Assembly: GCA_021810605.1 (NCBI GenBank)
Contig: JAJZIL010000005.1
Span: 1-55,396 of the forward strand
DNA length: 55,396 bases
Reading direction: 5' to 3'
Source of the DNA: a bacterium
Lineage (GTDB): Bacteria; Patescibacteriota; Dojkabacteria; JAKAPS01; JAJZLI01
Part shown: piece by piece, positions 10,704-20,324 of the stretch
How the letters are laid out: each line of letters opens with the position of its first letter
Position numbering within the stretch: the first letter of the stretch is position 1
Notes under the pieces: generated by a model
Databases searched by the model: none
Told to the model about the DNA's origin: nothing
What the model saw: only the letters and a program-made list of their open reading frames with translations
Program-made: the position numbers and the translations under genes

Positions 10704-13084
10704 TATTTAATTATATTTATAATTTTATTTTTTATATAAATAATTTTTTTAATTTTGGTATCTATTTTTTTAGAAAGGTTAGTATCTTTTTTTACAATAT
10801 CCATTACTTCTTCTTGGGATGAGTCTATTTTTATATATATCTCTCCTCTGAATTTTCCATTTATTTGTACTGGTATTTTAATATGAGTTTCTTTTATATT
10901 AATTTTTTGAATTTTAGGCCATAAAGTTTTTTGAATACTTTCTTCTTCTCCAATATTGTAATAGATTTCTTCTGTTATGAAGGGGGCATATGGAGAAAGT
11001 ACTATTAGAAATTTTTTTAAATTTTCATTTGTAATGGATCCTATATCTTCTATTTTATTAATATATTTCATAAATTCACTTACAGATAGGTTATATTTAC
11101 CTTTTTCTATATATTCATCTACATTTTTTATTAGTGTATTTGTCGCTATTATTTCTGAATCTGAAGGTATATTATTCAAAGATATTATTTTTTGTAATTC
11201 CCATACTCTAGTAAGGAATCTTTTTATTCCCATAATAGATTGTGTATCCCAAAATGCATATTGTTCAAATGGTCCCATGAATAGTTCGTATATTCTTACA
11301 GTATCAGCACCATATTCTTCTAATGCAAATTTTGCAGTTACTACATTTCCCCATCTTTTGCTCATTTTTCTTTTATCTTCTCCATAAATTAGACCAACAT
11401 GTTTTAATTTTTTAAATGGTTCTTTAAAGTTAACTTCTTTTTGATCATAAAGAAATTTTGTAATAAATCTTGAGTATAGAAGATGTCCTACTGCATGTTC
11501 ACTCCCTCCAACATACAAATCAACATTCATCCATCTATTAATATCTTCTTTGTTTCCAATTTCTTTTTTATTTTTAGGATCTATATATCTTAGGTAATAC
11601 CAAGAAGAATCTACAAATGTATCCATAGTTTTAGCTTCTCTCATAGCATTTTCTCCACATTTTGGACATTTAGTATTCATGAATTTTTCTGATTTTGATA
11701 ATGGTGGTATTCCCGTAGGTGCATAATCTTTTATGTCTGTAGGAAGAAGAACAGGAAGATCCTCTTCATTTACAGGAATCTCACCACAATGTTTACAGTA
11801 TATTATAGGAATTGGTGCACCCCAGAATCTTTCTCTTGATATAGACCAATCTCTAAGTTTATATTCAGTTTTCTTTATTGCAGAGGGAGTATCGTTTATA
11901 ATTTTTTCTCTAGCATCATTTACTAATTGACCTTTATATGGTCCTATTATAATTTCAGATTTTTTATAATCTGACTTATTTTCTTGAATTACATATTCAA
12001 TTTTAAGATTATGTTTTTTTGCAAATAGTAAATCTCTTTTATCGTGTGCAGGTACTCCCATACCACCTCCTGTACCATATTCCATTAATACATAATCTGC
12101 TATCCATACAGGTATTTTTTCATTATTTATTGGATTTATTGCAAAGGATCCTGTAAATACTCCAGTTTTAACATCTTTTTTCCTATCTATTTCTGATTGT
12201 GGAGTTATATTTTTGATATATTTGTCTACTATATCCTTATGTTCTTTGTCTGTAAGTTGATTTATAAGAGGACTTTCAGGAGCAATCACTATAAATGTTA
12301 CTCCATATATAGTTTCAGGTTTAGTTGTAAATATTTTAATATCTATATCTTTATTATCTATCTTAAAACTTATCTCTACTCCCTCACTTTTCCCCATCCA
12401 TTTTTCTTGCATTTTTTTTGTAGATATAGGCCATTGTAGGTCTTTTGAATCTTCAAGTAATCTTTCTATATATTTAGTTATTTTGAAATACCATTGATCA
12501 ATGACTTTTATTTCAACTTTACTATCACATCTCTCACATACTCCACCAATAGATTGTTCATTTGAGAGTACTGTTTTACATGATGGACACCAATTTACAG
12601 AAGCTCTCTTTTTTTCAGCTAGTCCTTTTTTATATAATTTTAGAAAGAGTAATTGGGTAAATTTATAATAATTACTATTAGAGGTATTGATTTCTCTATT
12701 CCAATCAAAACTGATTCCTGCATTAATAAGTTCTTTTTTAAACTCCAATACATTTTCTTCTGTAACTATATATGGATCTTTTCCTGTTTTAATAGCAAAA
12801 TTTTCTGTTGGGAGTCCAAAGGCATCCCAACCCATTGGATGAAGAACTTCAAACCCTTTTAATCTTTTATATCTGGAGTATACATCAGTACCTACATAGC
12901 CTTTAAGATGACCTACATGTAGTCCCGATCCTGATGGATATGGAAACATATCAAGTATATAATATTTTTCTTTTTTACTTTTTATATCTGTCTTATATAT
13001 ATCCTCTTTATCCCAAATATTTTTCCATTTACTTTCTATTTTTTTGAAATCATATCCAGTATTCATATACAAAGATATTAACAT
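10703..13084 (-). CDS. leuS: Leucine--tRNA ligase (true start possibly the second Met, MNTGYDFK)
   Basis: MFPYPSG.GLHVGH, GWDAFGLP, DTFVDSSWY, KMSKR. Confidence 0.98.
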   Translation of the reverse strand: MLISLYMNTGYDFKKIESKWKNIWDKEDIYKTDIKSKKEKYYILDMFPYPSGSGLHVGHLKGYVGTDVYSRYKRLKGFEVLHPMGWDAFGLPTENFAIKTGKDPYIVTEENVLEFKKELINAGISFDWNREINTSNSNYYKFTQLLFLKLYKKGLAEKKRASVNWCPSCKTVLSNEQSIGGVCERCDSKVEIKVIDQWYFKITKYIERLLEDSKDLQWPISTKKMQEKWMGKSEGVEISFKIDNKDIDIKIFTTKPETIYGVTFIVIAPESPLINQLTDKEHKDIVDKYIKNITPQSEIDRKKDVKTGVFTGSFAINPINNEKIPVWIADYVLMEYGTGGGMGVPAHDKRDLLFAKKHNLKIEYVIQENKSDYKKSEIIIGPYKGQLVNDAREKIINDTPSAIKKTEYKLRDWSISRERFWGAPIPIIYCKHCGEIPVNEEDLPVLLPTDIKDYAPTGIPPLSKSEKFMNTKCPKCGENAMREAKTMDTFVDSSWYYLRYIDPKNKKEIGNKEDINRWMNVDLYVGGSEHAVGHLLYSRFITKFLYDQKEVNFKEPFKKLKHVGLIYGEDKRKMSKRWGNVVTAKFALEEYGADTVRIYELFMGPFEQYAFWDTQSIMGIKRFLTRVWELQKIISLNNIPSDSEIIATNTLIKNVDEYIEKGKYNLSVSEFMKYINKIEDIGSITNENLKKFLIVLSPYAPFITEEIYYNIGEEESIQKTLWPKIQKINIKETHIKIPVQINGKFRGEIYIKIDSSQEEVMDIVKKDTNLSKKIDTKIKKIIYIKNKIINIIK

Positions 13085-13159
13085 AGTAAGGAGATTTAAA
13101 TCAATTAAATAACTTTATAAATTTGATATATTAAATAGTAATGTATTATAATGGTAGTC

Positions 13160-13318
13160 ATGAAAGTAACATGTTTAGAGTGTCAAAATGAGTTTGATAT
13201 TGAAACAGTGTCAGTTGGTGATACTGTGGAGTGTCCTTTTTGTGGGATAGAGCTAGAGTATAAGGGTAAAAGTAATGAAGGGAAGGAAGAATTTGAAGTT
13301 ATAGAGGAAGAAAAATAA
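13160..13318 (+). CDS. LysW-like zinc-ribbon small acidic protein (52 aa), not in the ORF track
   Basis: Manual translation MKVTCLECQNEFDIETVSVGDTVECPFCGIELEYKGKSNEGKEEFEVIEEEK*; two CxxC pairs, CGIELE motif; TATAAT 7 nt upstream of ATG. Confidence 0.85.
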   Translation: MKVTCLECQNEFDIETVSVGDTVECPFCGIELEYKGKSNEGKEEFEVIEEEK

Positions 13319-13365
13319 TCTCACTTAATTTAGACAAATTTTGTACTAAAATTTTATATTTATTA

Positions 13366-13395
13366 TCTATACAATTTAATCTAAAATTGTGTAGA
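13366..13395. terminator. Hairpin between convergent lysW-like and murB genes, possible bidirectional terminator
   Basis: tctatacaattt-aatcta-aaattgtgtaga: 12-bp stem with one G-U pair. Confidence 0.45.
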
Positions 13396-13452
13396 ATGTA
13401 TTGCTTTTCATTATTTTTCAATATTTAGAATATAAGAGATTATATATAAATA

Positions 13453-14442
13453 CTACTGTTTAAATATTATCTCTTCTTCGAGTTCAATTTTAAATTTTTT
13501 GTATACTTTATCTTTTATCTCTTCTATTAATCTAGATACATCATTTTGTGTTGCAAATCCCATATTTATAATATAGTTCGCATGTTTTTCATATACTTTT
13601 GCTCCTCCTATAGAGTAACCTTTCATACCCACATTATCTATTAACCAACCGGCAGAATTTACTGGAGCGGATATTGTATCTCTTTCTTGATCTGTGATAT
13701 TTTTAAAAATTGAACCCGCTGATGGTAGTATTGGTTGTATTGATCTTTTTCTCTTTATCCATTCTTTTGCAGTATTCTTAGCTTTCTCTATATTTCCTTT
13801 ATATAAAATTAATTCTGTGTCTAGTAGATAATACTCTTCTTTATGGAGTATGCTAGAGTCATAATCAAATTTGAAAAAAGAATTATCTACTTCCTTTATA
13901 TTTCCTTTTTTATCAATAAGTCTAGCTTTATATACTAAATCTCCGATCAATTTTGATCCTCCATGTATATTATTGAATATAGCACCACCAATTGATCCAG
14001 GTATTGCAGTAAAATATTGTATTCCAGTTATTCCTTTTGAAAGCGTCTCATTAATAAGATACGTTAAATTAACTCCAGAAGACACATTTATAAGTACTTT
14101 TTCATAAGATTTATCATCATCATCAAGATCATTAAATTTAAAATAATCACCTTCTTTGTATCTAGGTTTCCCTATTTGGAAATCAAAATTGATATCTATA
14201 TCCTCTTTTATATCTATAGATTTGGATCTGTTGATAATTGTAAGTCCTTTTATTCCTTTGTCTGATATTAAAATATTACTACCTCCACCTATTATAGTAA
14301 GATTTATTTTTTCTTTGTGAGAGTACTTAATAAGATTTATTAAATCTTCACTATTCAAAGCTTCTGCAAAAAATTCTGCATCTCCTCCAATTTTAAATGT
14401 AGTATAATTTTTTAAATTTATATTTTTTTTAATTTCTGGCAT
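13453..14442 (-). CDS. murB: UDP-N-acetylenolpyruvoylglucosamine reductase
   Basis: TTFKIGG, GGGSNIL, IPGSIGGA, PSAGSIFKN, KHANYIIN, LEEE. Confidence 0.96.
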   Translation of the reverse strand: MPEIKKNINLKNYTTFKIGGDAEFFAEALNSEDLINLIKYSHKEKINLTIIGGGSNILISDKGIKGLTIINRSKSIDIKEDIDINFDFQIGKPRYKEGDYFKFNDLDDDDKSYEKVLINVSSGVNLTYLINETLSKGITGIQYFTAIPGSIGGAIFNNIHGGSKLIGDLVYKARLIDKKGNIKEVDNSFFKFDYDSSILHKEEYYLLDTELILYKGNIEKAKNTAKEWIKRKRSIQPILPSAGSIFKNITDQERDTISAPVNSAGWLIDNVGMKGYSIGGAKVYEKHANYIINMGFATQNDVSRLIEEIKDKVYKKFKIELEEEIIFKQ

Positions 14443-15535
14443 TATCTATTATATTTATTAGTTTTATAAAACTATTTGCAGACTTATCCCAACTAGTACT
14501 TTTTACTATTTTTCTACCTTTAATAATCAAATCTTTTCTAAGAGTCTCATCATTTATTATTTGTTTAATTTTATTTTCTATTTCTTCTTTATTAAATGGA
14601 TCTGTATAGAGTACCCCATCTTTACAGACCTCTGGAAGAGATGATCTGTTTGAGCATAAGGTAGGAATTGAGAAGCTCATTGCTTCTAGTGGAGGTAATC
14701 CAAAACCTTCATAATAAGATAAAAATATAAATGCAGTAGCATTTTTGTATAATGATCTGAGAGTTTTATCATCAACCATTCCAGGTGTAAGTATTTTCTT
14801 TTTATCTTTTATATCTAATTTATCAAATTGTGCAGCTGAGTTATTTCTATTTATATTACCTACTATAACTAATTTTTCTTTTATTTCTAAATTATTAAAT
14901 ACTTCTACTAATGTTTTATTATTTTTTCTCTTCTCTCCTCCTCCGATTGCTAGTATATATGGTTTTTTGATATTAATTTTTCTTAAATATTTTTGAGAAA
15001 ATAGAGGTGCTCGATCTATACATATAGCATGTTTTACTACATGGATTTTATTTTTTTCTATTTTTAAATATTTGTGAATCTCTTTTTTTGAAAAATCTGA
15101 TACAGTTGATATATATGTATTACTTCTAATGAATTTTAGAGATCCAATTTTAATTTTATATTTAATCTTGTCATACAGTTTATCATAGTAGTTATCAATT
15201 GTAAGAGGAATCAAATCTTGTATACAAATTATACTAGTTTTCTTAAAAAATATTGGATAAACAAAATTTTCAAATGAGAAAAATACATCAAATTTATTTT
15301 TATTTAAGAATATAGATAATCCAAATAATTGCCATATATATGTAAATCTAGCACCTCTTTTTTTAGGAGATAGAATTTTATTACATTTTAGTTTTGGAAA
15401 TGGATCGGTATCACAATACATTATTGTATAGATATTTTTTGAATCTTGTTTTATTATATGTGGATACAAATTTCGTATAACATTTCCTGTTCCTGTGTTA
15501 GAGTCTGCCTCTCTGGCATCAAGTAGAATCTTCAT
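14429..15535 (-). CDS. Glycosyltransferase family 4
   Basis: YEGFGLPPLEAM, SSLPEV, DLIP motifs. Confidence 0.93.
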   Translation of the reverse strand: MKILLDAREADSNTGTGNVIRNLYPHIIKQDSKNIYTIMYCDTDPFPKLKCNKILSPKKRGARFTYIWQLFGLSIFLNKNKFDVFFSFENFVYPIFFKKTSIICIQDLIPLTIDNYYDKLYDKIKYKIKIGSLKFIRSNTYISTVSDFSKKEIHKYLKIEKNKIHVVKHAICIDRAPLFSQKYLRKINIKKPYILAIGGGEKRKNNKTLVEVFNNLEIKEKLVIVGNINRNNSAAQFDKLDIKDKKKILTPGMVDDKTLRSLYKNATAFIFLSYYEGFGLPPLEAMSFSIPTLCSNRSSLPEVCKDGVLYTDPFNKEEIENKIKQIINDETLRKDLIIKGRKIVKSTSWDKSANSFIKLINIIDNARN

Positions 15536-16647
15536 TTTATAAGTTTAATAAGCTCTTTAACTGTTTTCAATCCAGAATCTTTTTCAGCTAATTTTGCTTC
15601 ATTTTTTTTATATCTTTCTAATCTTTTAGTATTTTTGGTAATAGTTTCAATACTTTCAATTATTTTTCTTTTATTTACAATTCCTGCTCTTTTTAATTTA
15701 ACAAAATCTGCACAATCTTTTTCTTGTCCTCTTACAAAATTTACAACTATTGGAACAACTTGTGTAGTAAAGAGCTCTTGAATTGTTGTTGATCCTGCTT
15801 TACAAACTGCAATATCAGATACATTCATTATATCTTCCATATTATTAATAAACCCTAGATTTACAATATTCATTTTACTCTTACTTTTTAATTTTTCTAT
15901 ATCTTTAAATGTTTTTATATTTTTCCCATTAATAACTATAATTTGGTATTTATTAATATCTTTTTTAGTTAATTCTTTTATAATTTTTGTAGGATTAACA
16001 GTTCCACTTCCTCCAAATGTGAAAAGTATTGTATATTTATCTTTATCTAGATTATATTTCTTTCTTATTTTATCTTTATCTGTATTTTTAGAAAATTTTA
16101 ATTTTACAGGAATTGGGTGAGTAATTATATTTTTTATTCCATGTTTACGACATTGTTTTGCTACATACTTATTAGGTGCAACATACAAATCTGAGTCTCT
16201 ATTAAACCAACTTTCATGAACATTATACATATCTGTTATAACTACAGCAAAAGGAATTTTTTTCTTTTTTGCTATTTCTCCAGATACATTATTAACAAGA
16301 GGATGAACTGAAATTATTAAGTCTGGATTAAATGAATCTACTAGTTGAGTTATCTTTCTTCTACTTTGTAATCTTATTAAAGATAGGAGTAATGATAGAC
16401 GTATTTCATTATCAGTGAAATAGAATCCAGAAGTATATAGAGTTGGGAGGTATTTAACAACTGGAACATAGGATTTAGACATATTTTTGATTATTTGAGT
16501 TGAGTAATCTTGCAGTGCATCAACTATTTTCACTTCATATTTTTTAGGATCAATATATTCAAAATACTCTTTTAGAGTTTCTGCAACAGATAAATGTCCA
16601 TTTCCTGTTTTTGACATAAGTATTAAGATTTTCTTTTTTTTATTCAT
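15532..16647 (-). CDS. GT28 MGDG-synthase/UgtP-like glycosyltransferase
   Basis: TGNGH, ISVHP, VITD..VH..W, GGSG, KAGSTTI, GQE. Confidence 0.88.
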   Translation of the reverse strand: MNKKKKILILMSKTGNGHLSVAETLKEYFEYIDPKKYEVKIVDALQDYSTQIIKNMSKSYVPVVKYLPTLYTSGFYFTDNEIRLSLLLSLIRLQSRRKITQLVDSFNPDLIISVHPLVNNVSGEIAKKKKIPFAVVITDMYNVHESWFNRDSDLYVAPNKYVAKQCRKHGIKNIITHPIPVKLKFSKNTDKDKIRKKYNLDKDKYTILFTFGGSGTVNPTKIIKELTKKDINKYQIIVINGKNIKTFKDIEKLKSKSKMNIVNLGFINNMEDIMNVSDIAVCKAGSTTIQELFTTQVVPIVVNFVRGQEKDCADFVKLKRAGIVNKRKIIESIETITKNTKRLERYKKNEAKLAEKDSGLKTVKELIKLIK

Positions 16648-17705
16648 AATTCTTTTTGTATTATATTAATAATTTTTAAAGTTGCAGGATATCTTTTGTT
16701 AATTATCTTTCCATCAACTTTTATTTTACCACTTAATATGTTATTTGCGGTAATTTTTAATTTTTCTTTATCATTTATTTCTATACAAGCATTGTTCTTT
16801 ATAAAGTATTTTGTATTCTCAGTTTCTTGTCCTGGAATTGTTTTATAAATAATTATAGGGACTCTTTTTAGATTAAGTTCACTTAATGATAATCCTCCTG
16901 CTTTTGTTATTGCTAAATCAGATATACTCATTATCTCTTCTATATTATCAACATACCCTAAAACTTTAGTATTTTTATTAGCATTTTTTTCTAGAGAATT
17001 TCTTAAATTTTTATTTTTTGCTGTTATTATAATAATATTATATTTATTTTCAAATAGTGATATTATGTATTTAGCATCTTGTATTACTCCATCACCTCCA
17101 CCTAAGATCAATATAGTTTTTTTTGTATTATTTATACCTAAATTATTCTTTATTTCTTTAATATTTATATCTTTATAAAATTTTTGTCTGATAGGTATTC
17201 CTGTAATATGAATTTTTTCTTTTTCTACTCCTGATTTATAAAGTCTATCTTTTATCTCTTTATTAGCAACAAAGTATCCATCTATTTTTTTTGTTATCCA
17301 TCCTGAGTGTGCAAAATAATCTGTAATTATAGAATATTTTCTATATGCCTTTATATATGATAATGCTATTGTTGGATTTGGAAAGGTTGATATTAAAATT
17401 GAGTCTTCAATTCCACTACCTATTTTATTTTTTAATCTTTGAGCAATCATCATATCCATAAGTTTAGTTGAATCTTGTCTATCAATTAAACTATAAACTA
17501 ATTTATATAAATATGGAAAATTTGAAATTAAGTAACCATAGATACTTCCTATACTTCTATCGATATTCTCTCCTATTAGAGAAAAATAGTCTATAATAAT
17601 AACATTAAATTGTTCTTTTAATATTTCTTCAAGAGCATCAGATACTGATTTATGTCCATGTCCAATTTTCTCAGTTATTATATATACTTGTCTATTTTTC
17701 TTCAT
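16644..17705 (-). CDS. GT28 MGDG-synthase/UgtP-like glycosyltransferase (second copy)
   Basis: IGHGH, ISTFP, ITDYFAHSGW, GIPIR, TKAGGLSLSE, PGQETEN. Confidence 0.9.
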   Translation of the reverse strand: MKKNRQVYIITEKIGHGHKSVSDALEEILKEQFNVIIIDYFSLIGENIDRSIGSIYGYLISNFPYLYKLVYSLIDRQDSTKLMDMMIAQRLKNKIGSGIEDSILISTFPNPTIALSYIKAYRKYSIITDYFAHSGWITKKIDGYFVANKEIKDRLYKSGVEKEKIHITGIPIRQKFYKDINIKEIKNNLGINNTKKTILILGGGDGVIQDAKYIISLFENKYNIIIITAKNKNLRNSLEKNANKNTKVLGYVDNIEEIMSISDLAITKAGGLSLSELNLKRVPIIIYKTIPGQETENTKYFIKNNACIEINDKEKLKITANNILSGKIKVDGKIINKRYPATLKIINIIQKEL

Positions 17706-18807
17706 AAATTTTTCTGAATTCGTTTATGATTTTTTTAGCAGATTTATTCCAATCATAATTTCTTAGAATTGATAATCCTTTATTAATAAGTTCATTTCTT
17801 AAAGATTCATTTCTTATAATTTTTATCATTGCATCTTCTATTTCTTCTTTTTTATATGGATTTATTAGTATTGCAGCATCCTTAACAACTTCGGGAATGG
17901 ATGTTATATTAGATGTTATAACTGGAGTTTTATGTTTGAAAGACTCTAGTGGTGGAAGTCCAAAACCCTCATATATTGTAGGGTATACAAATATATCTGC
18001 ATTTTTATAAAGTACGGCAAGTTCTTCATCAGAAACTTCAATAATCATCTTTACTCTATCAGATAGATTTTCAGGAATAGCTCTTGTATCCATAGGTACT
18101 TTTTTTGAGTAAATTCTTCCAACTATAACAAGTGAGTGTTTTAGTTCAGTATTTTTTTCAATCATATCTATAAATGCATCTATCAATACTTTATTGTTCT
18201 TTCTCATCTCCATACCTCCTATTCCTAGTATATAAGGTTTATTAATTTCTAGATTATGTAGGATATTACTCTCATTTTTTATACTTTTTAATCTTTGGTC
18301 AAAACTTTCCTTTATAACAAAAATATCTTTTTCCGATACTTTCAAGACTCTTCTTATTTCTTCTTTTGAAAAGTGAGAGACAGTCATGAATTTTGCTGGA
18401 GGGAATAGTTTACTCATATAGACTTTTAATTTATAAGGAGATATTCTACCTTGCAGATATTCTTTAAATACTAGTGGGATAAGATCATGTACAGTAGTAA
18501 TTGTTTTTCCTTTAAAGAAGGGTGGAATTATAAAGTTTTCAGTCGAGAAAAATATATCTATCTTTTCTTTTTTTAGTATGTAAGGTAGATGTATAAATTG
18601 CCAAGTGAGTTTTTTCTTTACAGAAGAAGGGTTTTTAATTTTTTTTATATTATCTTTCTTTATATCACTAAAAGGATCTTCTTCTCCCAGGAGTATTACA
18701 TATGAATTTTCTCTATCCAATAGAATTATCTCTTTGGTAAGATTGTATGCAACTCTTCCGATACCTACTTTTAGATTTGCAAAACGAGCATCAATTGCTA
18801 TTCTCAT
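17692..18807 (-). CDS. Glycosyltransferase family 4
   Basis: MRIAIDAR, TVHDLIP, YEGFGLPPLES. Confidence 0.93.
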   Translation of the reverse strand: MRIAIDARFANLKVGIGRVAYNLTKEIILLDRENSYVILLGEEDPFSDIKKDNIKKIKNPSSVKKKLTWQFIHLPYILKKEKIDIFFSTENFIIPPFFKGKTITTVHDLIPLVFKEYLQGRISPYKLKVYMSKLFPPAKFMTVSHFSKEEIRRVLKVSEKDIFVIKESFDQRLKSIKNESNILHNLEINKPYILGIGGMEMRKNNKVLIDAFIDMIEKNTELKHSLVIVGRIYSKKVPMDTRAIPENLSDRVKMIIEVSDEELAVLYKNADIFVYPTIYEGFGLPPLESFKHKTPVITSNITSIPEVVKDAAILINPYKKEEIEDAMIKIIRNESLRNELINKGLSILRNYDWNKSAKKIINEFRKIYEEK

Positions 18808-18881
18808 AAAATTATATATAAATTACATTAATCTAAAGTATACTATAATTGATCCCATTAGTTAAGGATATATTACTATAT

Positions 18882-20324
18882 TTACTTCTTTTTTAAATTT
18901 AAGTTTTCTTTTATAAATTCTATACTGATGTCTTTTGCTATTATAAGTACTATAAAGTAGACTAAAAGACCAATAATAGATATGAGATATACATTCATTG
19001 ATGAGAGTAGATACATTATTATCATTGATAGAAGACCTGCTAATATAGGAAATTTTAAATATTTAAAAAGTTTGAGTTCAAATCCTCTTTTAAGAATGAT
19101 ATATGAGTAAGATCCTATAAAGAGTTCTGTGAATATAGATGCACTAGCTGCTCCTGATGCACCATAATATGGTATTAGTATGAAATTAAGTATTACATTG
19201 ATCAACATAGAGAAAAACAGTCCCCAGAGTAAATCTTTTTGCCTATCAATTGCTCCAAAAGCATTTCCAATAAGAGCGTTTATAAATATTAATCCAGTAG
19301 CTACAGAGAGTATTTGTAGAGGAAGAATTGAATTATAATATTTATTTCCAAATATAGTCAGTACATAGCCTTTTGAGTTTATTAACATTTCAGCTACAAA
19401 GATTATTAGTAATATACACATGAATTTAATAGCATTATTCAAAAGATCTGTAAACTCAGATATATTTTTTTTGTATAGAAATGACAATGAGGGGAATAAT
19501 ACTCCTATAAGTATTCCTATGACTGAAGTTACAACCCCAGTTGCGGATCTTGCAAGAGCATAGTACCCTACTTGAGTTATAGGCTTTAAACTTCCTAATA
19601 TTACTTGATCAATTGTAAAATATACAGTTACAATAATAGAGCTTAGACCATAGGGCCAGATTTCTTTTAGCATATATATCCAAAACTCTTTATTTATAGA
19701 AAAACTGAATTTTGAGAAATATTTTCTTATTATAAATATGGAGATTATAATTCCAATAAACATTGTAGCAAATAGGACTTCTGAGTAGATAAGAATACTT
19801 CTGTAGTAGTAGAGTGCAATAATTCCAAATATTAGAAGGAGTATTTTTATTATTACTGTATTAAAAGATTCATAAATCATCTTATTATGAGATCTAAATA
19901 CTCCTGTGAAAAGTAGATAAAATCCTGATAATATATTATATAATCCCAAAAAGATCATGATATAGCTCATATTGTCATATTTCTTGACGAAGAATGAAGA
20001 TATAAATATAAGAGTGAGTATAATTAATCCAATTATTATTTTTAGAGAGATTAGATTATCTAGATACTTCTTCACAAGGTTAGTATTTCTAGCAATGTCT
20101 CGAATAAGAACAGTAGACATTCCGAAATCCACAAAGATAGCAAAAATACCTACAATTGAATTTGCATAATTATATATCCCATTATCTCTAGGACCAAGAT
20201 GTCTAGCTAAGATAAGAGATAGAAGTAATGATACAATAATAGATATTCCTTGAGAGAATAGTAGCCATATTGTATTATTTCTTATTTTATTAATCATTGA
20301 TGATTTTAAATGATAATATTTCAA
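18882..20324 (-). CDS. Wzx-type polysaccharide flippase
   Basis: ARHLGP...G.Y, DFGM...IRDIAR, NFILIPYYGASGAA; about 14 TM segments. Confidence 0.9.
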   Translation of the reverse strand: MKYYHLKSSMINKIRNNTIWLLFSQGISIIVSLLLSLILARHLGPRDNGIYNYANSIVGIFAIFVDFGMSTVLIRDIARNTNLVKKYLDNLISLKIIIGLIILTLIFISSFFVKKYDNMSYIMIFLGLYNILSGFYLLFTGVFRSHNKMIYESFNTVIIKILLLIFGIIALYYYRSILIYSEVLFATMFIGIIISIFIIRKYFSKFSFSINKEFWIYMLKEIWPYGLSSIIVTVYFTIDQVILGSLKPITQVGYYALARSATGVVTSVIGILIGVLFPSLSFLYKKNISEFTDLLNNAIKFMCILLIIFVAEMLINSKGYVLTIFGNKYYNSILPLQILSVATGLIFINALIGNAFGAIDRQKDLLWGLFFSMLINVILNFILIPYYGASGAASASIFTELFIGSYSYIILKRGFELKLFKYLKFPILAGLLSMIIMYLLSSMNVYLISIIGLLVYFIVLIIAKDISIEFIKENLNLKKK

